From Candidatus Berkelbacteria bacterium RIFCSPLOWO2_01_FULL_50_28 (GTDB taxonomy: Bacteria > Patescibacteriota > UBA1384 > 2-12-FULL-50-11), in contig MEZX01000001.1 of assembly GCA_001774395.1 (NCBI GenBank), forward strand, positions 27,643 through 91,642: a DNA stretch of 64,000 bases. The letters are read 5' to 3'. The notes beneath the pieces were generated by a model, which worked only from the letters and a program-made list of their open reading frames with translations, was not told where the DNA came from and did not search any database. The position numbers and the translations under genes were made by a program. Positions 9,037 through 17,958 of the stretch are shown here, one piece after another. Position 1 is the first letter of the stretch, and the number at the start of each line of letters is the position of its first letter.

Positions 9037-9945
9037 TTGAGGTGGGCGCGTCTAATTCTGGGCTTTAAGCCGATGAGCCCCAGTAAATTATTCGATAAAT
9101 ATCGCGTTCAGTTGTGCTACTGCTTGGTACTAATCACTTTCTTGGCAGCCTCTGTGGGTGAAGGCCAGGCCTCGAATATGGAACCGTATAACTTATCTGA
9201 TGAGGTTATTGCCACCAGTGGTTTTATCGGCAAACCCCAGCTCATGGGCGGTCAAACCATTCTTACCGGTGAAATTCAGCAATCAGTAGTTATTGTTTAT
9301 CGCGTTGCCAAAGGCGACACGATATTGGATATCGCCAAACGCTACAACTTGAGTGTTGGCTCGATACTTGATGCAAATCATATGAAAGCCCTCGATGCCG
9401 CAAATATCCAGCCACGACAGAAACTAATCATTCCGGCCGAGGATACCAACACCTCCCTGGCGTGGCTGAAGGAGATCAACAAGGAAAAAGAGCGTCAGGC
9501 AAGGCTAGCCGAGGAAGCGAGACTAGAAGCGCTAGCCTCCCAATACTCCTGGAACGGCGGCGGTTACAGCCAGCCGAGTTACACCACCTACTCCGGTTAC
9601 CAGGTAATCGGCACCGATTGGGGTTCGTACGGCGGGTCCATTCCCGGGCAGTGTACTTCGTACGTCAATAAGATCTTCAACCTACCCAACCTGATGGGCA
9701 ACGGTAACCAGTACCTGGCCAGTGCGCGGGCTTACGGCATGGCAACGGGGTCTGTGCCACGCAACTATTCTATCATTCAAACTAACGAGTCCTGGTACGG
9801 TCACGTTGGCGTAGTCGTTGAGGTGAGTGCCACCACCATTACAATCCAAGATATGAACTACGCCGGAGAGGGTGTGATAACCCGCCGAACGTTATCTGTC
9901 AATGACCCGCGGATTGTTGGCTACGTCTACGCTCCCTTGAATTAA
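9037..9945 (+). CDS. Secreted LysM + CHAP domain peptidoglycan hydrolase
   Basis: N-terminal signal/TM. LysM motif (YRVAKGDTILDIAKRYNLSVGSIL). C-terminal CHAP-like region (GQCTSYVNK ... WYGHVGVVVEV). Confidence 0.7.
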   Translation: MRWARLILGFKPMSPSKLFDKYRVQLCYCLVLITFLAASVGEGQASNMEPYNLSDEVIATSGFIGKPQLMGGQTILTGEIQQSVVIVYRVAKGDTILDIAKRYNLSVGSILDANHMKALDAANIQPRQKLIIPAEDTNTSLAWLKEINKEKERQARLAEEARLEALASQYSWNGGGYSQPSYTTYSGYQVIGTDWGSYGGSIPGQCTSYVNKIFNLPNLMGNGNQYLASARAYGMATGSVPRNYSIIQTNESWYGHVGVVVEVSATTITIQDMNYAGEGVITRRTLSVNDPRIVGYVYAPLN

Positions 9946-9996
9946 CGCTCAATTTCAGCAAAGATACTGGTGAATCTTGCGCATGGAGGTGCAAAG

Positions 9997-10587
9997 ATGC
10001 GACTTTTCGTTCTTTTCGTCATTGTGTTGCTGGGACAAGGTAGTCCGGCAAACGCCCAGGAAACGTTCGGCGAGACCGAGCTCATTTCGGCTACCCGCGT
10101 CTGGCTTGATCGAATTTGGGACTTCGGGCAGAAAGCCCGTGAGACCCATCAGGAGATCGCGACTTCGGAGCTGACAACGGCAATCAACGATCTCATGCTC
10201 GGGCCGAGCGTCTTGGCTTCGGAAACCAAAAAGACTACCGAGGAACGGCGCGACACCTTGACAGCTTTTGCCGAAGGACTAGCAAAGATCTCGAAAGAAT
10301 ATCCGCCATACCGGATGAAACCGTTCGTGCTCGGTCTTCGCCTGGCCAAATCCGGCGAAGCGCCAGTGACGGAGAACTCGGTCGTTTGGATTGTTCGGGT
10401 TAATACGCCCGGAACCACGTCCAACGCTATAAAGTGGATCTTCCACTTGGTGGACGCGGCTAGCGCCGAACCGAACCTGATCGGTCAGAGGGTGCTGAAA
10501 CTTCTGGCCGTGTCCAAGGTCCTGCTGATCCTTCCGGACAACATCGACAATGCCCCGGCCGACAACGGCTGGGGCGGATTCTTATAA
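9997..10587 (+). CDS. Hypothetical secreted protein
   Basis: Start chosen at MRLFVLFVIVLLG (signal peptide) with GGAGGTG 7 nt upstream. No recognisable domain. Confidence 0.45.
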   Translation: MRLFVLFVIVLLGQGSPANAQETFGETELISATRVWLDRIWDFGQKARETHQEIATSELTTAINDLMLGPSVLASETKKTTEERRDTLTAFAEGLAKISKEYPPYRMKPFVLGLRLAKSGEAPVTENSVVWIVRVNTPGTTSNAIKWIFHLVDAASAEPNLIGQRVLKLLAVSKVLLILPDNIDNAPADNGWGGFL

Positions 10588-10650
10588 GAAGTATCCCAGC
10601 TTCAACTATATTTCAACAGTTTCAAGCCAAGATTCTGCTACGATACTGAT

Positions 10651-11136
10651 ATGCGACGAGGATATTTGCGAAATTTCATTTTTGGAGCCGAAGATAGTTT
10701 AGTCTCAACTGTCGGGTTGCTCTCTGGCGTCTCATTTGCTGGTTTTAGCAGTCACGAAGTTATCCTTAGCGGAATAATTCTCATCCTGGTTGAATCAATT
10801 TCTATGGGCGCCGGAGTTTACCTGTCGGAAGATTCGGCCAACGAGCTACCGCAAGCGGGCGAGCACGACAACACCGTGGCCGATGCTGGGATTATGTTCA
10901 TTTCTTATTTGATAATTGGTTTGATCCCGCTCTTACCCTATATATTCTCCGCTGATACCAGGTTAGCTTTTTACTACTCAGTAGGTTTTTCGCTGATTTC
11001 TCTGTTCTGCCTCGGGTTATTCAAAGGCCAAGTTGTTGGCAAACATCCGATCTACAGCGCGATAAAAGTGTTTCTTGTGGGCGGGGTGGTCACGGCAATC
11101 GCAGTGGCGGTTGGTTTCTTCATTAAAACTGCGTAG
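10651..11136 (+). CDS. VIT1/CCC1-family (DUF125) putative Fe/Mn transporter
   Basis: FGAEDSLVSTVGLLSGVSFAG and the multi-TM layout are typical of the VIT family. Confidence 0.65.
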   Translation: MRRGYLRNFIFGAEDSLVSTVGLLSGVSFAGFSSHEVILSGIILILVESISMGAGVYLSEDSANELPQAGEHDNTVADAGIMFISYLIIGLIPLLPYIFSADTRLAFYYSVGFSLISLFCLGLFKGQVVGKHPIYSAIKVFLVGGVVTAIAVAVGFFIKTA

Positions 11137-11222
11137 CGTATTAGCCCCTCGACTACGCTCGGGGTTCTTCGGTTTCCAGTACCAGAGTTAACCTACCTCA
11201 CTAGCTAACTCGAGAAGTTTAC

Positions 11223-11256
11223 TCTGAGCGAACGATAGTGAGTCGAAGAGCGCCCC
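11223..11256 (+). repeat. Dispersed ~35-nt repeat, copy 2
   Basis: CTCTGAGCGAACGATAGTGAGTCGAAGAGCGCCC. Followed at 11253-11268 by GCCCCCGGTAGGAAT, a near-duplicate of the tRNA-Arg(UCU) 3' end (GCCCTCGGTAGGAAT at 11306-11320). Confidence 0.5.
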
Positions 11257-11306
11257 CGGTAGGAATACTCCCAAGTCGTCCCTACCGTGTTCACTCATTA
11301 CATTCG

Positions 11307-11380
11307 CGCCCTCGGTAGGAATCGAACCTACGACCTTGACGATAGAAGCGTCCTGCTCTAATCCGCTGAGCTACGAGGGC
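11307..11380 (-). tRNA. tRNA-Arg (anticodon UCU)
   Basis: Reverse complement folds as acceptor GCCCUCG/CGAGGGC, anticodon loop CUUCUAU (one G·A mismatch in the anticodon stem), T-arm GUAGG-UUCGAUU-CCUAC. Confidence 0.8.
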
Positions 11381-11450
11381 ATGGGGTCAATTTTCAATTT
11401 ACAGTTTTCAATTTTCATTGAATACTCAATGTTCAATTTTCATACAGCCA
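11381..11450. repeat. Cluster of tandem degenerate heptamers (TCAATTT / CAATTTT)
   Basis: tcaattttcaatttacagttttcaattttcattgaatactcaatgttcaattttca lies directly upstream of the tRNA-Arg(UCU) 5' end and upstream of ORF 11555. The same heptamer cluster recurs at 61921-61970. Confidence 0.6.
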
Positions 11451-11554
11451 CGTAATTCTACCTCTTTCGGGCTGAGAAGTCGACGGGTATGGGCTGGATT
11501 TTTGGTCACAAGTATGGTACATTGTCCTCGCATCTAACGGAGGTGACTTAGGAA

Positions 11555-11842
11555 ATGGCTGGCACACGTGCAAGTTTATCAGCGGGCAAAGGGGCGGTTA
11601 GCAAGTTCCAACTTGCCGACAAGAGCGAGGGAACGATCACGATCGGCACCACGGAGGTCAACGTGAAAGTTGGTGGCACCGACACCAACTTTCAGAAGAT
11701 TTGCGGTGTCTTGATTGAGTACAAAGGTGGCGTCTGGGGCGAGACGATGAGCGAGGCGGAGACAGCCGTCTTTCTCAATGGTGTGAAGGCCTTTCTGGAA
11801 TGCACCGGGGGCACCTTCGGGTGGCCCAAACCATTCCCCTAA
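11555..11842 (+). CDS. Small hypothetical protein
   Basis: 95-aa ORF with GGAGGTGA 8 nt upstream. Gly/Thr-rich, no recognisable domain. Confidence 0.4.
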   Translation: MAGTRASLSAGKGAVSKFQLADKSEGTITIGTTEVNVKVGGTDTNFQKICGVLIEYKGGVWGETMSEAETAVFLNGVKAFLECTGGTFGWPKPFP

Positions 11843-11925
11843 CTCATCTTGTGGCTAGAACCCACGATCCGCGTCCGACCAGGCAATCTCTGGCGGGCGC
11901 GCTTTTTTTAAGCTATTTTATCGTT

Positions 11926-12492
11926 ATGGTCACACGCGAAGAAGCCTACAAACTACTAACCGACCACGTTCAGGGCGAGAGCTTAATCCGTCACTGCTTG
12001 GCGGTCGAGGCGTCAATGCGTTCGCTGGCTAAATTTTTCAGTGCCAACGAGGAGGCCTGGGGAATAGCTGGACTTTTGCACGACGCCGACTGGGAGGAAA
12101 CCAAAGACACGCCCGAACAACACACTTTAGTACTGTCTGAATGGCTGGAAGATTGGGATTTGGGCGACGAGGGCATAAAAAAAGCAATTCTGGCCCACAA
12201 TCATTTCCACAACGGTCACGAGCCGCCAACGAGCCAGTTTGAGTGGTCGCTTTACTGCGCCGACGAGCTAACCGGCCTAATCGTCGCCTGCGCGTTAGTT
12301 CAGCCAAATAAAAATATTGGTACCGTCACGGTTGATTCCGTTATGCGCAAATTCCCCGAAGCGGCTTTTGCCGCCGGGGTCGATCGCTCCAAAATCGAAC
12401 TATGCGAAACCGAGCTTAGTATTGATCTGGAAAGTTTCGTCGAAGTTGTACTCAAGGCAATGCAGGAAATCGCCGACCCGTTGGGTCTCTGA
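11926..12492 (+). CDS. HD-domain phosphohydrolase
   Basis: H ... LLHDAD ... H pattern (HCLAVEA, GLLHDADW). Start set at MVTREEAY; the upstream in-frame extension lacks features. Confidence 0.6.
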   Translation: MVTREEAYKLLTDHVQGESLIRHCLAVEASMRSLAKFFSANEEAWGIAGLLHDADWEETKDTPEQHTLVLSEWLEDWDLGDEGIKKAILAHNHFHNGHEPPTSQFEWSLYCADELTGLIVACALVQPNKNIGTVTVDSVMRKFPEAAFAAGVDRSKIELCETELSIDLESFVEVVLKAMQEIADPLGL

Positions 12493-12498
12493 ATTCTC

Positions 12499-12561
12499 GC
12501 CTTCGGCTCGAAGTCGCCGAAGACTTGGGGTTATAAATAACCCGACAGAAGATCCGTCGGG
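12499..12561. terminator. Two adjacent stem-loops between convergent HD-domain and pyrE genes (putative bidirectional terminator)
   Basis: CTTCGGC-tcgaagtc-GCCGAAG at 12501-12522 and CCCGAC-agaagatcc-GTCGGG at 12541-12561. The second is followed by a U-rich run on the minus strand. Confidence 0.35.
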
Positions 12562-12601
12562 TGGTTGTCGGCTACACGCGAGCTTGCTGGCGAGCCAGAG
12601 A

Positions 12602-13192
12602 CTAGCGACCATGACCGAGTACAGGATCAACAGGTATCTTCTTTAGCCAATCCGGACATTCAGCATAGCTCCAGTCTTCCAGATCGAGAGTGATTAGTGA
12701 AAACCGTTTAGGAATATCATCAAGGTTTGGCAGACTAACCTTTGTGCGATCAAATATCGTTCCCAAACCTACGATGATACCACCATTGGTACGAGCGATC
12801 TCGATCACTTTTCCCACTGAACCACCAGTGGTCAAGACGTCGTCAACAATCAGGACATTTTTGTCTTGGATTGGCGCATAGCGGCTACCCCGGAGGATTC
12901 CGTCTTTGATGAACGGTGTTCGGATGTCGTTGCCGGTCATTTGGATCAAGAGTGTGGCGACGGAACTTGCCATCAGATTACCACCCCCTGCCGGACCGAT
13001 GACGAAACTGATATTGTCATCAAGAAACGCCAACGCAATATCTTGGCAGCAGGTAAGCAGTAGCTTTGGGTTGGTCAGAATAACATCTTTGTCGAAATAC
13101 GTATTGCTGTGTCTACCGGAGGTGAGAATAAAATGACCAGCGACGATTGCGCCGGCATCTTCAAGAATTTTGAGGAACCGACCATTGTCCAT
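12602..13192 (-). CDS. pyrE: Orotate phosphoribosyltransferase-like type I PRTase
   Basis: PRPP-binding motif VLIVDDVLTTGGS. 196 aa, typical OPRTase size. Confidence 0.7.
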   Translation of the reverse strand: MDNGRFLKILEDAGAIVAGHFILTSGRHSNTYFDKDVILTNPKLLLTCCQDIALAFLDDNISFVIGPAGGGNLMASSVATLLIQMTGNDIRTPFIKDGILRGSRYAPIQDKNVLIVDDVLTTGGSVGKVIEIARTNGGIIVGLGTIFDRTKVSLPNLDDIPKRFSLITLDLEDWSYAECPDWLKKIPVDPVLGHGR

Positions 13193-13444
13193 AAATCTCC
13201 ATGTTGAGGTACAAAATTAGCCAGCTTGTGCTGACCCCTCCTCTTACGGGTATCGTACTCTATCTGACCCACAACATAAAGAAAACGCGCCCACCACTGG
13301 GCTACATTTTAGCAACAAATAGGCTAGGAATACAGGTGGACCCCTTGACTTTCACCTAGTTTTAATGTATAAACATATAACTAAATGAAAAAATACCCGT
13401 TAACGTTGGAATGTTCGTTCCGGCAACTATAAAATGATTGCAAT

Positions 13445-14767
13445 ATGATCAAAGTAACCGACCTCACAAACCAGGAGGCTTTCCCTAACACAAAGTACAG
13501 ATTCTCAAAAGTCACATTAGAAAACGATGATGCCGTTGTACTTGAGAGAGATTTTATCGGTGAAAATCCGCTCCACTATTATCTGGACCCCAAATTGCAA
13601 GAAGTCATCGTCGCCAGCTCAATAAGAGAAATCAATGGCTACCTTAAAAGCAAGGGGAGTAAATTTTTGTGGGAACACGTCAGGGCGGTCTCTAACAACA
13701 AAAAGGTCACAATAACCTCCAACACTTTTTATACCGCTAACCCCAGCATCATCGAATTGGGGCCAACGCTTCAAGAAATGCCAGAGCCCACAGTAGACGT
13801 TTCAAACATTCCTGCGGCAGGTGGATACATAAAGAACTTATTCGTCCAGTCGATTAAAGACCGGCTTCAAACCATTAACGATACAACAGTCGGTTTACTT
13901 CTTTCGGGAGGTCTTGATAGTATCACCACCGGTTTTTACCTAACAAAGAACCTGAACGGCAAAAAATTGCGCGCATTTACTCTGAAAGTGAACGAGGACG
14001 AGGCCGACATCAGCAAAAGCCGGGAAGTAGCAAAGCAGTTAGAAATACCCTTGACCGAAGTGAAAATAGGCCGAGACGGTGACAGTATCTCTATCGACGT
14101 TCAAGTCTACGATTCCAGTCGTTCCTTAGAGAAGGAGTACCACCTCTCAGATGAAAATATCAACGAAATTGTTAAGAAGGCTTTAACGATTGCGGAAAAT
14201 CCCAAGCGCGATAATCTGTTCTGCTCGCTGGCGATGTATCTAATTGGCCAGGCCGTCAAGAACGAGGGTGTAAAAATTGTTTTCTGCGGCGAAGGGCCAA
14301 ACGAGATGATAAACGACTACGGCTTCCAGCCACCGGCAGAAGGTTATCCGGACATGGGAGTTAGTAGCACCTACTTTCGACAAGCTCTGACGTTTGGCCT
14401 AAAGGAATCTGACTTGCAGCTAGGTCGAGGTGGACTTGGCAAACACGCCCTGCCCAGAATGGGGAAGATGTTTGCGTACTACGGCATCCGTCTAGAGTCC
14501 CCGTTTTTTAATCCTGACATTGCAAACACGCTAACTCGGGTCCCCTACGAAGATAAAGATTACAGTGTGATCAAACCAAAAATTGACGAGGCCATCCTCG
14601 GCGAAGACGGTCAGAAAGTGCTTGGAGCCTTTGAAGGTATATCAAAGGAAAAGTTCCAAGACGGTTCGGGAATAAGCAAAATATTCGAAGATTACTCGCA
14701 GGAACAGTTGGTAGAGCTGTTCAAAAAGATCTATGGGGCAAACAAGGAAGCGTATATAAAGGGTTAG
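13445..14767 (+). CDS. Asparagine-synthetase-domain (PP-loop ATP pyrophosphatase) protein lacking the glutamine amidotransferase domain
   Basis: GLLLSGGLDSITT (SGGxDS PP-loop) and KIVFCGEGPNEM (matching AsnB SGEGADE) are present. There is no N-terminal Cys GATase. AT-rich relative to neighbours. Confidence 0.6.
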   Translation: MIKVTDLTNQEAFPNTKYRFSKVTLENDDAVVLERDFIGENPLHYYLDPKLQEVIVASSIREINGYLKSKGSKFLWEHVRAVSNNKKVTITSNTFYTANPSIIELGPTLQEMPEPTVDVSNIPAAGGYIKNLFVQSIKDRLQTINDTTVGLLLSGGLDSITTGFYLTKNLNGKKLRAFTLKVNEDEADISKSREVAKQLEIPLTEVKIGRDGDSISIDVQVYDSSRSLEKEYHLSDENINEIVKKALTIAENPKRDNLFCSLAMYLIGQAVKNEGVKIVFCGEGPNEMINDYGFQPPAEGYPDMGVSSTYFRQALTFGLKESDLQLGRGGLGKHALPRMGKMFAYYGIRLESPFFNPDIANTLTRVPYEDKDYSVIKPKIDEAILGEDGQKVLGAFEGISKEKFQDGSGISKIFEDYSQEQLVELFKKIYGANKEAYIKG

Positions 14768-14782
14768 CTGGCCAATTGGGTG

Positions 14783-15049
14783 CTACTTCAATTCGCCAGA
14801 GATTAGCTTGAGCTTCTTGGCTTGGGACCAATCCTTGATTTGGATTTCTCTTTTTCTGGCAAAAGACTTATTTGGAATAGCAGGCGAAATGTATACAAGA
14901 TTAAACGGACCTTGCTCAGTAGCCATCATCGCTCCCTCACCACGATTATGCTCTTGAATTCTGCGATCTGGATCTGTAGTTATACCAGTATAGAATCGGC
15001 CGGTTCTAGCTTTAGCAATGTAGAGAAACCACGGCTTTGACATACGCAT
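14783..15049 (-). CDS. GIY-YIG nuclease-family protein (UPF0213-like)
   Basis: WFLYIAKARTGRFYTGITTDPDRRIQEHN matches the GIY-YIG core (YxY...YxG...R..EH). Confidence 0.7.
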   Translation of the reverse strand: MRMSKPWFLYIAKARTGRFYTGITTDPDRRIQEHNRGEGAMMATEQGPFNLVYISPAIPNKSFARKREIQIKDWSQAKKLKLISGELK

Positions 15050-15056
15050 ATTATAC

Positions 15057-15093
15057 GTCGAAGAGCCTCTCGACTCACTACGTTCGCTCGAGG
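15057..15093 (-). repeat. Dispersed ~35-nt repeat, copy 3 (reverse orientation), imperfect palindrome
   Basis: Reverse complement reads CCTCGAGCGAACGTAGTGAGTCGAGAGGCTCTTCGAC. It sits at the low-GC/high-GC transition just upstream of the GIY-YIG start. Confidence 0.45.
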
Positions 15094-15299
15094 TTTCTCG
15101 ACTGGCAAGTCATGCAACCTCAAAAACCTCTCTGGCAGAGAGAGTTAGTTTACTTCGAATGAGCGTAGCGAATCGAGAAGTGGGCTTGGCGGGAGCGTAT
15201 TCGCACTCTGTTAGCAGGTTTGTCCGAAGACGACCGGCGTTTCGTGGACGCAACTCCCTTTGACAGCAACCCAGATTCTTCGAAGAATGGAGGAGTAGT

Positions 15300-16126
15300 A
15301 TGAGCAAGGCGAACCATTCCGATTTAACCGCATTCTATCAACACATCTCCGAAATGGGCAGACTGGAGGTTGCCAGGAGGCGAGTCCAGGGAGAAACTAT
15401 CGGTCAGCCGCCGCTGGGGTTTCGAAAGGTCCAGGTGAATGGCAAAACCACCAACGCTCCAGATCCAGAGACCTTCCCTTTGTTGGTGCTGGCCCTCCAG
15501 ATGCGCAAAGAAGGCAGTACGCTCCGTGAGATCTGTTCGGTCATGTCCAAAAAGGGCTTGCAGTCGAAGCGTGGCAATCCGATTCAGCCAAACGGGATGC
15601 ACAAGATCCTCAAAACTTTCATCCGTTTGATTGGAGAAGCTTTTGTGGATACAACTTCTTTTGACAGCATCAGCAGCCAAGCTGAACTTAGCAAAGCAGC
15701 ATGACCAACGAGATGCAAGATTTCAAACGAGCATACTTCGCCCAAACGGGCCGAATGGCTCGGGAAGCAATGGCGGCCAAAGCCCGTAGCGGCATCTACC
15801 CGCTCAAGCTCCCGATTGGTTACAAGCGCGTTTTCGCCGAAGGCGAGGAACGAATCGAGCCCGATCCACAGACAGCCCCGATCATCAAACTCGCCTTTGA
15901 GCTAATCGCTCGCAAACGATCCTCGTTGTCCAAGGTGCTGGCAACTGTCAGAGCCAAGGGACTGAAGGGCCATTCAGGTCAGCCCATCAGCTTAAGCGCC
16001 CTGCATCGGCTCCTGACAAACTCGTTCTACTTTGGAGAGTACAAGTACAACGGGAGTGTCGTGCAAGGGAACTACCGGCCTCTGGTCAACCGAGGTGTTT
16101 GGAATCTTGTCGGCCGCTGCTCTTAG
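15300..16126 (+). pseudogene. Decayed large serine recombinase (two consecutive recombinase-domain fragments, no catalytic resolvase domain)
   Basis: ORFs 15300-15704 and 15701-16126 each carry recombinase-domain-like sequence (GQPPLGF..., LPIGYKRV...YFGEY...G.WNLV). This is similar to the central domain of the intact recombinase at 26728-28314. The N-terminal Ser-catalytic domain and the zinc ribbon are absent. Confidence 0.55.
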
Positions 16127-16227
16127 CGAGAGACGAAGACGGCCCGGATAGCTTCTAGGGTCCATCCCCAGGAATCACAAGGCCGGAAGGTGCGAGAGTC
16201 GTTGGTCGCAAGAATCCGGGTCAGGTT

Positions 16228-17022
16228 CTAGACCCCACCGTCTATCAACAGTGTCTTCCCCATGGTGCCCTTTGGGATTATTCTAATGCGACATCCCAAC
16301 TCTGCTGCGACCATGCGAAGATCTTCAGCTGGTCGACCAATCAACTTCTGCGAAATGCGTTCCCACAGTTCTCGCACATCGTCCGGCGATATTGCCCAAA
16401 TGCGCTGCTGAAGCCCGGCAAACTCAGCGCGAGTTTCGTCGTCACCAAGGATATGCAGATCCCAGAACCAAAGAAGATACGTTGGCAAAGGCCCGAATTT
16501 CTGCTTGCCCCGCTGATGGGACTCGGGGTTCTGTTCCGCGTATTCGATCGCATGCCGGAATCTAGCCATGGCAGCGGGACGGACTGGTGCGTGAAGGCCA
16601 AATTCATCCAACTTCTTGTGCACCTCCAAGTCCAAGACTATTGAGGAGAGACTGTGCCAGAATTCTTTTATTGAGACGGGATCACCAGTCATTCCCTGAA
16701 CATAGTCTACTACGCCAGCGCCATCTGCCGCTTGAAGGTGGTGGATTAGCTCTTCTCCGAGAGCAGCTTGGAACTCTTCGTCAGGCAATTCAGGCTTGAT
16801 CCAAATGGCGATGTACGCGTCAACGTTTGGCTCAGCCAATGCGCTGTGGATCGGATCAACCTCCCTCTGAAGCTCCTGACTTGCGTTGGCATATGGAGCA
16901 ATGCGTAATGTCTTCTTGGGGAATGTCGCCATTACCTCGGAGATTACGGGCAACAGCACATCATTAACTCGGTGCCCTAGAAATTCCATATGACTAAGCA
17001 ACAATGCGCAAGGAGCCGCCAT
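16228..17022 (-). CDS. Hypothetical protein (island cargo, downstream partner of 17041-17787)
   Basis: 264-aa ORF 18 nt downstream of the preceding gene on the same strand. No recognisable motif. Confidence 0.45.
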   Translation of the reverse strand: MAAPCALLLSHMEFLGHRVNDVLLPVISEVMATFPKKTLRIAPYANASQELQREVDPIHSALAEPNVDAYIAIWIKPELPDEEFQAALGEELIHHLQAADGAGVVDYVQGMTGDPVSIKEFWHSLSSIVLDLEVHKKLDEFGLHAPVRPAAMARFRHAIEYAEQNPESHQRGKQKFGPLPTYLLWFWDLHILGDDETRAEFAGLQQRIWAISPDDVRELWERISQKLIGRPAEDLRMVAAELGCRIRIIPKGTMGKTLLIDGGV

Positions 17023-17040
17023 ATCTGCAAAAGGCTCTCA

Positions 17041-17787
17041 TCATGAGTACTGCGTCATTTCATAAGTTAGCGAACCGTATCGGGACAGGTTCTCTTGAAT
17101 TTGTCCAATTAGATGTTCAAGGCCGGGCATATCGGGTTTTACGACACGTTCCCATGTTTCCGTTCCCGGTTGTACTGTGGAGACATGGTTGTCATTCTTA
17201 AACAAGAAGCCACGAGCAAGAACACAAATCAGTTCGGGTCCATAGGTGTAATAGTCATTATTGTACAGTGAGGCCGAACGGCCGATGAACTCAATGATGG
17301 ACTCCCAGGACGGAGCGTCAAATGCGATCACGTAGCAGTTTGCTCGTGTCGGAGGAATCGGAACTCGCTCATCTCCGTGCCCCGCGCGATAGAAACCATG
17401 ATGTGGGGTTTTCTGCAGGTCCTTCGTTCGAGCCACCTTCGCCAAAGCCAATGCCAATCCGCCATCCGGTCCAAGGGAGAGTATGGATTTGCTCTCGATC
17501 AAGCTCGCCGCCTCCACTGGCACCACAGACTCCCCGCCAACCTGGAGACGACCAATTTGGTTGTCAACTAGAACAATGTCAGCCTCGTCCGAAGAGGCAC
17601 CCCTGCTGTCAACTACCTCCCCTTGTTCAACGCCCAGCCGCTGGGGGACATGTTTCTGAAGAAACTCTTTGATAAGCTCTTCTCGCGCCCGCCCTTTTGA
17701 AAGAGGTGCTGTTAGGATGCCAGCCGCTTTCGCTTGACTCAGCATGGCTTGTTCCAGGTGAACATAGTATTCACGCTGACTTGTCAT
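17041..17787 (-). CDS. Hypothetical protein with PD-(D/E)xK-like nuclease signature
   Basis: GEVVDSRGASSDEADIVLVDN ... EAASLIESKS gives a D...D...ExK arrangement typical of restriction-endonuclease-fold proteins. Start set at MTSQREYY; the upstream extension is Cys-rich and may not be translated. Confidence 0.4.
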   Translation of the reverse strand: MTSQREYYVHLEQAMLSQAKAAGILTAPLSKGRAREELIKEFLQKHVPQRLGVEQGEVVDSRGASSDEADIVLVDNQIGRLQVGGESVVPVEAASLIESKSILSLGPDGGLALALAKVARTKDLQKTPHHGFYRAGHGDERVPIPPTRANCYVIAFDAPSWESIIEFIGRSASLYNNDYYTYGPELICVLARGFLFKNDNHVSTVQPGTETWERVVKPDMPGLEHLIGQIQENLSRYGSLTYEMTQYS

Positions 17788-17958
17788 TTCAAACCTCAAA
17801 CCCACGGAAACGCAGTCTGCTTTGCATTGGGGCCCATTATACCAATCAAACCTGAAGAGACAACTGTTGCATATTCCAACGAATTCGAACGCCTGTTCCA
17901 ACTGAAGTCGAACGCGCATTCCAACTGAAATCGAACGCTTTGAGCACCGTCGTTGGGA

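Noticed and set aside
11381-11450. Heptamer clusters considered as a minimal CRISPR array or as a simple-sequence contingency locus
   Set aside because: Units are 7 bp with no spacers, far too short for CRISPR. They are intergenic and degenerate rather than perfect in-frame SSRs, so a regulatory or structural role is more plausible than phase variation.
15255-15285. Possible second att copy (GTGGACGCAACTCCC) at the left island border resembling the tRNA fragment GGACGCGGGTTCAACTCCC at 28252-28280
   Set aside because: Only ~13 matching positions with a 6-nt gap, and in inverted rather than direct orientation relative to the right-hand fragment. Too weak to call.
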